The notes under the pieces are model-generated. The model saw nothing but the letters and a program-made list of their open reading frames with translations, was not told the origin of the DNA and did not search any database. A stretch of DNA of 64,000 bases. Origin: Macrostomum hystrix (lineage: Eukaryota; Animalia; Platyhelminthes). Where the stretch lies: assembly GCA_950097015.1 (NCBI GenBank), contig CATNEN010000025.1, forward strand, positions 2,852,001 to 2,916,000, in the 5' to 3' direction. Below, piece after piece: positions 47,687 through 58,256 of the stretch. Position 1 is the first letter of the stretch. Each line of letters begins with the position of its first letter. Both the position numbers and the translations under genes were made by a program.

Positions 47687-48894
47687 TAAATATACTAAAA
47701 TTCACGTGTTGTTTGTCCGTCTGTCTGTCTGTTGGTTATCTCCTCCTAGAATACTGACAAGTCAACTTTGAAACTTATATGGGAAAATTGGAAATTTTCC
47801 TGGTCAGGCTATAGGCTATTTTAATTCTGAAATTTCAAATTCTAAGATCCTCAAAAAAGCAGAAAAATGATTTCGTAACCTTCTCTGGACACTTTTTTCT
47901 TTTGAGCTGAGAAAACTGGAGTCGGTAAAAGTGGTTGCGCTATCATTTCGGCCTATCTGTTCAGTGTATTTTCTCTCCAGTGGAGGGTTGGCAATCGGTT
48001 TGAAAACGTGGCGGAGAGGAGGCCGTGCTCACATTCTAACTGCCTCTGTGTATTGGCGGAGTCAGCTGCTATTGAGGGTCTGATTTGTTCAATAAGCAAC
48101 TGCGTACATTTCGCTGAGTTTGGGCAGGCTGGGTTATAAATTTCAATTGAAAAATTGGCGGGCCTCTCAGTGTAGGCGGAGAAGAATGTACTCACTGAGA
48201 TGGCTGATTTTTTCGGACAGGAAAGCATTAAAATTTCAATTGTGAACTGTGCTTTTGTTTTGCAAGATTGGTGGTTGAAACTTATATTGCTGGAAAGAGC
48301 TTGAAACACTGATTTCAGGGATGTGATTTTCTTTTCGAAATTCGAGAAACTGTGAATGCTGCAGGCGGAAAATTTTTTGCCTTTTTAACTGTTTTTAAGC
48401 GAACGTACAGTGTCGCCTAGACTGCAAAGGAGAGAGAGGGCCGCCAATCAGTTTATCGCACATTCTGATTGGCGTAGTGCATTGGGCGGAGGAGGTGGGC
48501 TGGCGGTCGACTGAGATGGGGTCTGATTTATTTAATAAAAATGGGCGCACACTGACTGGGGCAGTAAGGAGGCGGGCTGCTCAATCCTTTTAGAATTTTT
48601 AATTATCGAAAATCGCACCTCTGCCTTGGTGGAGAGAGGAATGTGCTTACAAATAGAGCTGGCCTGGGGCTGCCTCACTGTACTTAAATGGACTATATTC
48701 AATTTAACTGATTCAAAGTTTGCAGAGTTCGCATGCATGTACATTGAGCTGCACTGCAAGCAAGCCCACTACTAAATACATGAGTTTATCTGTTTAGTGG
48801 CTTTTGCATCTCTCGATTTATTTCTTAGCATCGCTCTGTGATTTGTGTGTTTTCTTATTTGCATTCCTTACTTTGCACTGTTATTATCATCTAA

Positions 48895-51800
48895 ATGCCG
48901 AAACGTGGTCGCAGCAATCTTTCACGCTCCACACGCGCTGCATCGGATGCCAAGAGGCGTAGGACATCCGAGACTCACGATGAGCGTGCAAGGCGCCTCC
49001 AGCAAGACCGGCTGCGCACTGCTGAAAGCCGGGAGGCTGAAAGTGGAGCCGATCGTCAGCATCGCCTCCAGCAAGACCGGCTGCGTACTGCTGAAAGCCG
49101 GGAGGCTGAAAGTGGAGCCGATCGTCAGCATCGCCTCCAGCAAGACCGGCTGCGTACTGCTGAAAGCCGGGAGGCTGAAAGTGGAGCCGATCGTCAGCAT
49201 CGCCTCCAGCAAGACCGGCTGCGTACTGCAGAAAGCCGGGAGGCTGAAGGCGTAGGCGAGCGTCAACATCGCCTCGAGCTGGACAGGCTGCGCATTGCCG
49301 AAGCCCGGGAAACTGAATCCGACGCAGCCCGTTTGCATCGCCTGGAGGTGCAGCGGCAGCGGCAGAGTCAGCATCGCGATGACGAGCCAGCTGATGAACG
49401 CGACCGCCGTTTGCATGCTCAGGCAGGGCGGCGCAGAGATAGGTGGGTGTTTTTCGATATTATTTTTTTATCCACTTAACCTATGTGCTTTCGCTTTCAA
49501 AGTGTCAGATTCTGTATGTAGACTTGGACTTGGTGTTGTTGAATGGAACTATTTATTATTTGTTGAGATACTAAGATGTCTTTTAACTTTATTTCCTTGC
49601 CACAGACTGCTGGCGTTAGCACACCAGCCACATTTACTCGGTCGGATGGACATTATTTGTCCTCACTGCAGCGCGCTTCGTTGGAAGGACGAACTAGCTA
49701 GCATTTGCTGCCATTCCGGAAAGGTAGATATTTCTTACTTTAATTTCGTCCTTAATCATTCTTTAAGTATTTTACCTATTTTTTCCAGACGAAATGTGTT
49801 ATGATTGATAATTGTGAACATTGTGCAAGCTGTTTGTTGTTAAGCTACATTTTTTCATAATCAAATTCACAGACCCTTCTGGAGCCGCGCCGCGATCCGC
49901 CCGATGTTCTGAAGCGGCTGCTTACTGGCGAGCATCCGCTCAGCGCACATTTCCTGAAGGATATTAGGAGGTACAACGGCGCGCTCCACATGACGTCGCT
50001 TGGTGCCACGCAGCGTGAGCAGCCCGGCTGGAACCCCAGCTTCATCCTCCATGGTCAGATGCACCATAGGATCGGCAGCCTGTTGCCGAACCCGGGGGAT
50101 GTGGCCAGGTTCTGCCAGGTGTTCTTCGTCGACCAAGAGCTGCAGACGGGACTGCAATTGGCGACCGGCCTGAACGGCAATTTGCTACAGGAGCTGCAAG
50201 CTATTCTGTTTGAATGTAACAGTTACGTTCGTAGCCTAAAGTCGGCAGTGGACTTGCTGCGCAGTGATCCGCAGCTGCAGAGTGCCAAGGTAGTGATAAA
50301 CCCCAGTGCCCGTCCATCTGGGGAGCATGTCCGACGGTTCAACCTGCCTGAGTGCAGTGAGGTCGGCATCCTGACGGACCTAGGCTGAAGCTGATGGCGT
50401 AGTTCAGGCGCAACGGCGGGACGTGATATTGCGTTTGAGAGGTGGTGGTAAGTTTACTATTACTAAAACAGCGCAGTTTCAATTCTAAGTATCCCTTTTT
50501 ATTTTATAACATTCTTGCTAATATTTCCACAAAAGTATGCTGTGAAAATAATATTATTTTTATACCTTTTCCTAAAACAAACAAAGCTGTCATTCCTGAT
50601 TCATCAACCTCAGGCCTCCAAGACATCTTCGAGACCCACCGCTCCTATGATCCGTTGGAGTATGTGCTGCTATTCCCCTTCGGTGAGGACGGTTGGCATA
50701 TTGGACTCAAGGAGGATCGCGGCATCACCACGATGAAGTACTACGCCTTCATAATTCAGGTGCGGCCAGGCCAGTTTAACAGCCTGCTGTACGGTCGCCG
50801 GCTCTTCCAGCAGTACCTGGTGGACCAGGCTGCCAAGATCGAGTCCGAGCGGCTCATGTACATCCGGCTCCACCAGAAGGATCTGCAGTCCGAAAGCCTG
50901 CGGGGTCTGCGAGACGCGCTGCACGAGGACGACGGCAACCCAGAGGAAGTCGGGAAGCATGTCATTCTAACTTCCAGCTACGTGGGAGGTCCCCGATACC
51001 GCCTGGAACGTCAACAGGATGCCATGGCATACGTCCATGCCTTTGGCCGCCCAGACCTGTTTCTGACAATGACTTGCAACCCGAAGTGGCCAGAGATTCT
51101 GGCTGAGCTGCTTCCGGGACAGACTGCCGTCGATCGGCCGGACATCACCGCCCGGGTGTTCGAGCTGAAGAAGAAGGCCTTCCTCAACAGACTGAAGAGT
51201 CTCTTTGGGGACACCCTAGCTCGGGTCTGTTCGCTCGAGTACCAGAAGCGAGGCAAGTGTTTTTTATTAATACTAACGTACATAACAATTGCATTCACCA
51301 TTGCCTACTTAAAGGGGGGTATAATAAGTTGAGATAAGGCCAACGCTTTCCTCATTCACCTGCATCAGGTCTTCCCCATGTGCACGCGCTACTTTGGCTG
51401 ACGATCAAGCTGAAGCCGGACCAGTATGACGCCATTATCAGTGCGGAGATCCCAGACCCTGACGCCGACGCCGACCTGCATCAGCTGGTCGCGGAGAACA
51501 TGCTGCACGGTCCCTGTGGGCAGCAGCTCAACTCCGCCGCATCTTGCATGGAGAACGGCAGGTGCAGCAAGCGCTACCCGAGGGAGTTCCTCGCTGCCAC
51601 TAAGGTGGAGGAAGATGGCTACCCGCGTTACTGTCGCAGATCCGTCGAAATGGGCGGCTTCACGGTGATAAAGCTCGCAAAGCTTCGTGGCGGTCAGAAG
51701 GTGAACTTCACTTTCGACAACCGCTGGGTCGTACCGTTCTGCCCAGCACTGCTGCGCGAGTTCCGTTGTCACCTTAACGTCGAGATCTGCGCAACAGTTC

Positions 51801-54776
51801 GCGCCATCAAGTACGTGGTGAAGTACATCACCAAGGGTAGCGATGTGGCAGCATACCAGATCCGACAAGAGACGGCTGCTGCGAATGCCAGCGCAGATTC
51901 GGCCACTGAAAGACCACCGGCTGCTCCGCAGGCGAGTCGAGACGCCGCCAGTCCGTCCACGCAGGCCGAAATGTCGGCTGGGACTGCTGCAAAGCCTGCA
52001 GCTTCGCGCAAGATGATCGACGAGATCAAGGACTACCTTCTGGGCAGGTACATCGGTCCAATGGAGGCAGTCAATACCATCTTGGGCTTCGAAGTGCACA
52101 GCCGATACCCGCCTGTGATCAGACTCGCCGTCCATCTTAAGGACGAACAGCGGGTCTTTTTCACCAGTGAGACGATTCAAGCTGTTGCTGCTCGGCCCAA
52201 GGCGACGACTCTGACCGCCTTTTTTGATGTAAGTTTGCAAAAATTGTATTTGCTAATAATACGTCTAATTTTGCAAATTAACGCTAGAATGCTCCTGTTT
52301 TTACTCTCCCAGCTCTGTCGACAAGACGAAGTCGCCCGTGGCCTGCTGTACCAGGAGGTGCCCCGGCACTTCACCTGGGACCACAGCGCGCGCCAGTGGC
52401 ATCGCGCAGGTCGCGGCCGAGTTACTGTTGATCAGCCAGCTGGTGTTCTAACGACCGGCAACATTGGCCGCATCTACACGGTGAGCCCTCGGATGGGCGA
52501 CTGCTTCTACTTGCGCCTGCTGCTGGTGAACGTGCGCGGCCCGACGTCGTTCGAGGCGCTGCGCACTGTGGACGGCGTTCTGCTGCCGACCTTCAAGGCC
52601 GCTTGCCAGGCTCGCGGGCTGCTGGAAGACGACAGGCACTGGCAGCTGTGCATGCGCGAAGCTGCGGAGACGCGGTTGCCAGCGGCTCTACGTCGCCTTT
52701 TTGCCGCTATTCTCACCCACGGTGACCCCAGTGACCCGGCAAAGCTGTGGCAGGAATTCTCCAGCGAGATGTCTGGCGATCTGCTGCACCAGGGCTACAG
52801 CCCTGAGGATGCCGAGGCCAATGTACTGCGGGAGCTACAGCACGGGCTGGAGTCCATGGGAGGATCTGAGCTGTCTGTCTACGGCCTCCCTGCACCACAG
52901 GCGCAGCCGGATCAAGTAAGTAAATAGATTACCATAGACAATTTATAGACAGACTGCCAAAGTAGTTTTGTCTGCAAGTTTCAAAAGCTTCCTTTAATTT
53001 GCAGGGTCGACTTCCCTCTGACTGCCTACCGACGCCGCAAGAAGCCGCTGAGCTCCAGTCTGAAGTGGAGGCACTGAGCACATCATTGACTGATGAGCAG
53101 CGATCTGTTTTCGAGGCCGTGCAGTCTAATCTGGCAGCTGGCGGCGGCGGCTTGCACTTTGTGGACGCTCCTGGCGGTACTGGCAAGACGTTTTTGCTCA
53201 CGCTTCTGCTGAAGTCTGTTCGAGCGAGGCGTCAGATCGCTATTGCAGTAGCTTCATCGGGCATCGCGGCCACCATACTTCCTGGGGGACGGACCGCCCA
53301 CTCCATGTGAGTGCTGCTTCTGTTTTAAATATTTATTCTGCGCATACATGTTACGTCCGCAGACTATACCGTCAAGACACGGAAAAAATAAAATAGTTCC
53401 TTTTTAAACCATTCTTTTGTGAAACATTACGTGCGAAATCTTTCTTTCTATGCATTGATCAATCGTTCCGCTACACCCAACCCATGATCTCATCTCAGGT
53501 TCAAGATCCCTGTCTGCGCAGTACGGCAGGACAACGCCTTCTGTTCTATTGGCAAGCGGAGTAAGCTGGCGGAGCTGCTGCGGAATGCGCGGCTGATCGT
53601 TTGGGACGAGGCGCCGATGACGCACCGCAAAGACCTCGAGATCGTCGAGAGGACTCTGCGGGATCTCTTGCACGTCGAGCAGCCTTTCGGAGGGGCGCTG
53701 TTGGTGCTGGCTGGCGACTTTCGCCAGCTGCTGGCTGTTGTGCCCGGAGGGACGCAGGCCAATACGATCGAGGCCTGTTTGAACCGGTCGGTTTTGTGGC
53801 CGCACTTCCGTCAGCACCAGCTAACAAGAAACCTGCGGCTCGAGGGTGGCTCAGCTGCCCAGGGTTACGCAGATTTCCTTATGCAGGTCAGAAATTTTAC
53901 TTTCATGTTCCTTGATTAATGAAAAGAGAATCGTACCTTTTTTTGCAAAAAATTGTACTTTATTACTTGCTTTTTGTCTCATGAATTACTACATTTTGCC
54001 CTCAGGTTGGCAACGGAGAGCTGCTAGAGGACGAAGAGGGCATGGTGTCCTTGCCTAGCGAGATCATCCTGCCCGATGACACAACCACTGAGCAGCTCAT
54101 CCAGCACGTCTACCCGTCCTTTGAGCCGAACGTCGAACGTGATTTGATGTTCGCGGAGCGGAGCATCCTAGCGCCACTCAACAGGACCGTGGACGAGGTC
54201 AACGCCGCCTGCTTGGCGCTCTTCCCCGGTGCGAGTCGGGTCTACCTGTCTGTCGACTCGATTCCGCATGATGATACGGCAGCGACCAACTTTCCACCGG
54301 AGCTGCTAAACCGGCTGGATCCCAATGGCCTGCCATTGCACCGGCTGGAGCTCAAGGTCGGCATGCCGGTGATGATGATGCGCAATCTGGACCCGCCGCT
54401 GCTGTGCAATGGGACCCGGCTGCTGCTGCGCGAACTGCATGACAATGTCCTGCTGGCGGAGGTTGCCACCGGTGTCTACCGCACCCGGCAGGTATTCATC
54501 CCGCGGATCCCACAGGAGCCGAGTCCGAGCGAGCTGCCCTTCACCTTCCGCCGCCTGCAGTTCCCGATCCGGCCGTGCTTCGCCATGACCATCCACAAGA
54601 GCCAGGGCCAGTCGCTGGGCACATACGCTGTCGACCTGACGACAGCTTGCTTTCAGCACGGCCAGCTTTACGTGGCTCTGAGTCGTGCGCGGAGTGCCGA
54701 TGGCGTGAAAGTTCGAGCTCCAGGCGGACGGACGCAGAATATTGTGCTGCGGCAGCTTATCGGCAAGCATAACTGA
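48895..54776 (+). CDS. Helitron Rep/helicase 2 (STPR-like repeats, Rep, PIF1; no OTU); 9 exons, about 1600 aa, one frameshift near 50384
   Basis: Exons 48895-49442, 49606-49723, 49873-50447, 50614-51252 (GC donor), 51369-52228, 52313-52915, 53005-53306, 53499-53886 and 54006-54776. Phases are consistent if 1 bp is removed from exon 3. Motifs: FLTMTCNPKW, GLPHVHALLW, KYVVKYITK, DAPGGTGKT, IVWDEAPM, TIHKSQGQS, HGQLYVALSR. Confidence 0.9.
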
Positions 54777-55269
54777 TTAACTCTATGTTTTGCATGTTCG
54801 ATGTATGCATGGTTAGCTGAAAAAATACTGAACTATTCAGAGCGAATATCTGTGAAAAAACTGCTAAGTGTGCTAGAATTCAATGTGGACCCTCTACTGC
54901 AATTGGCTGCAATTAGCCGTCAATGTAAATCCGATGTAATCCGAGAACCGAAAACTAAAGAGGAGAGAGACAGGCCTCTTTCCTTATTAGAGAAAGTAAA
55001 AGATAATTTTTTGACAACTGAATAAACTGTTAGGGTTGGTGACATAAATTATGAGTGAGGGAAATGACACGGTAAAAATTATAATTAAGGCGTTGACAAG
55101 AATACTAACGACTGAATAAAATACTATATCAATTCTTTGTAAAATCTATGTACAGCTCTCCGCCTGAATTTCTTAGATATATTGAATTATGCCGCTTTAT
55201 ATGACTCACTGTTCTTCACATGTCTGCTGAATTTAGAGCTAAAAATAAATATACCCCATAGTGTACTCA

Positions 55270-55431
55270 GGGTGCGCAGAATACAGAAAAAAGACGCGAT
55301 TCGATAGGAACAAACAGACAAAAATACAAGGACAAAACAGTATATCGAATTTAAAAATTTTTAATAAACTCTTAATTCCCGAATGATTTGCTTAAATCCC
55401 GAATTTGTTTGACTTCGTATTCTGCGCACCC
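55270..55431. repeat. 162-bp segment with perfect 15-bp inverted ends (possible MITE)
   Basis: GGGTGCGCAGAATAC ... GTATTCTGCGCACCC; no clear TSD. Confidence 0.5.
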
Positions 55432-55763
55432 GCAAATGATGTCTTCGATTTCGTTATTTCAATTCAACAGCGGCTAAGGACTCCAACTGCCAGTTCTGTG
55501 TCTGGAATAAACAATATTAAAGGTCGCAGAATTCCACAAGCATTTTTGAGTTTAACGGTATAGTTCAAAAGTGCTAGGAGTTTGATCCCCTCAACTTCAT
55601 CCACTGAGAAGGAATGGAAGGAAAGTGTGAAATTCTGAGGGATTACACAAGTCGAGGGCTCTAAGGGGAAATGTGAAATTCGCATTGTTAGAGTTTGGCA
55701 GATGGAATTCACGCGCAAGGACTTTGATCCCCTCAACCTCCTCCGGAGGAGGAGTTTAGCTCG

Positions 55764-55786
55764 TAAATATACTAAAATTCACGTGT

Positions 55787-55821
<35 letters not shown>

Positions 55822-57662
55822 TGGTTATCTCCTCCTAGAATACTGACAAGTCAACTTTGAAACTTATATGGGAAAATGGGAAATTTTCCTGGTCAGGCTA
55901 TAGGCTATTTTAATTCTGAAATTTCAAATTCTATGATCCTCAAAAAAGCAGAAAGGCTATTAAGTAGTATATAGTAGGCAAATGTCCTTCCCGCTGTGAT
56001 GAAATTGGCCTCGGTTAAATGAGTTGCGTCAACACATTGTGCCTATCTGTTTAGTGTATTTTCTCTCCAGTGGAGGGTTAGCAGTCGGTTTGAAAAAAAA
56101 TGGGGCGGAGAGGTGGCCGTACGCACATTCTAACTGTCCCTGTGTATTGGCAGATAGAGGGTGCCGCGAGTTATTTCTATTGAGGGGTCTGATTTGTTCA
56201 AAATTGAAGTGCGTACAATGGGCAGGGCAGAGTTGGCTGAGTTAAAATTCAATTTATAAAATTTGCGGGCCTCTCAGTGTAGGCGGAGAAGAATGTGCTT
56301 ACTAAACTGGCTGCCCTTTGCAGAAATTTCAACTGAGAATTATTATTTTGCTTTTTTAAGATTTGTGGATAAAATTTGTACTGCTGGAGAGAACTTGAAG
56401 TTCTAAATCCAGAGATATAAATTTCATTGCTGAATTCCGAAAATTGGGGATGCCAAGGGCAAATAAAGTTTTTATACTTTTGCAATGCTTTCAGCTGAGT
56501 GTACAGTGTCTCGGCGAGATTGCTAAGGAGAGAGAATTCGCCACAATACAGTTTCACACATTCCTATTCTCGAAGGCGGGCTGTTGAATTTTATTTATTG
56601 AAATTCGCACCTCTGACTGAGCGGGGCCCGGAGAACTGGCTGTCGTCAATATTAATGGCTCGGACTTCACCTGTTTTAACGGGTGGGGTTTAATTTAAAG
56701 TTGATGGAGTTCGCGCGATATGATTTCTAGCCCCTCAATCTTATCCGAAAGTTGTCGTCTATTTTAATTCTGAAGATTCTGGGCATGGTAGCTAAAGAAA
56801 AATTGGTCAATTTTGAATTGTTTTCAACAGTTTAGTCGGACAAAAGGCGGTTAACGCACATTGCTACTTTCAGACATCATTGGGTGAGGAGTTTTTGGTT
56901 AGATGAGGCGATGGGAGATGTGGCGACGGGAGATAAGGCAATGGGAGTTTAGGCGATGAGAGATGAGGCGATGGGAGATGAGGGGATGGGAGATCAGGCG
57001 ATGGGAGATGTGGCGACGGGAGATGAGGTGATGGGTGATCAGGTGAAGGGAGATGAGGCGATGGGAGATGAGGCGATGGGAGATGAGGCGATGGGAGATC
57101 AGGCGATGGGAGATGAGGCGATGGGAGATGAGGCGATGGGAGATTAGGCGATGGGAGATCAGGCGATAGGAGATGAGGCGATGGGAGATGAGACGATGGG
57201 AGATGATGCGATGAGAGATTAGGCGATGGGAGATGAGGTGATGGGTGATCAGGTGATGGAAGATGAGGCGATGGGAGATGAGGCGATGGGAGATGAAGCG
57301 ATGGGAGATGAGGCGATGGGAGATGAGGCGATGGGAGATCAGGCGATGGGAGATCAGGCGATGGGAGATCAGGCGATGGGAGATGAGGCGATGGGAGATG
57401 AGGCGATGGGAGATTAGGCGATGGGAGATCAGGCGACGGGAGATGAGGCGATGGGAGATCAGGCGATGGGAGATCAGGCGATGGGAGATGAGGCGATGGG
57501 AGATGAGGCAATGAGAGATGAGGCGATGGGAGATGAGGCGATGGGAGATGAGGCGACGGGAGATGAGGCGATGGGAGATCAGGCGATGCGAGATTTGGCG
57601 ACGGGAGATGAGGCAATGGGAGTTCTCTCCCCTAACTTCCTCCGGAGGAGGAATTCCGCTCG
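55764..57662 (+). mobile_element. Unit 14: non-autonomous Helitron, type C
   Basis: Near-copy of unit 12; the 3' end is slightly diverged (cttcctccggaggaggaattccgCTCG). Confidence 0.85.
56901..57621. repeat. 15-bp satellite, about 48 copies
   Basis: Tandem repeat. Confidence 0.95.
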
Positions 57663-58256
57663 TACTATACTAAAAATGAAATGCTTGCTTGGTTGGTTGT
57701 AATTGATTTTCTCCCGAACGGCTCAACCGATTTTCACCATTTCTTCACCAAAAGATGCCAAATATGGGGACAATTATACACGTATTTTTATTAAGCTTAA
57801 CTTTATTGCTAAAGGGATTAAATATTCGAAAAACATGATTTTTCAAAGGTCAAACATCTTGGCCTATTGAGAATTTTACTCACTGCCACTGAATTGAAAT
57901 TGCATCGTCAAATTGCGCAACAACCCCTAGCTGATTGAATTTAAAGCCTGCACTCTGGAGACAAATTGGAAATAAATGTACACAACCAACCGCGACACAA
58001 AGTGTACTCTATTTTCTTACTTCATTGTACAAAGCCAGAACTTTAAGAATTCATTTTATAAGGCTGATTTTTGCACCCACTAACCAACAGTCGGAATAGC
58101 CGATGTGTAGGCACTAGGAATAGGTTAGGCTAGGCTAGGGTTCGATTCTGCACTGCGTCAAATCATTTAGACTAATTTTCAGCCAGTAGTGTTTGAAGAC
58201 TATTTTAATTTATTTTTTTCATTTCGTAAATAAAATATCATAAATCATAGCACACC

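Larger units (their letters stand above)
47687..55763 (+). mobile_element. Unit 13: Helitron 2 (8.1 kb, Rep/Hel-encoding, type C termini)
   Basis: Type C 5' end, Rep/Hel gene, 3' CCTCCTCCGGAGGAGG-agtttag-CTCG. Confidence 0.88.

Noticed and set aside
55270-55431. hAT element call for the 15-bp inverted-repeat segment
   Set aside because: The right end lacks the CAGGG counterpart and there is no 8-bp TSD; kept only as a low-confidence repeat.
22886-55763. Helentron/Helitron2 classification
   Set aside because: No AP-endonuclease domain after the helicase and no subterminal inverted repeats; the ends are TC-type with a hairpin and CT(A/C)G.
44435-57702. Long ORFs such as (RLISH)n, (MGDEA)n, (MRRWE)n and (PHLPS)n
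   Set aside because: They are translations of the 15-bp satellite, open in several frames on both strands because the period is a multiple of 3; there is no evidence of coding.
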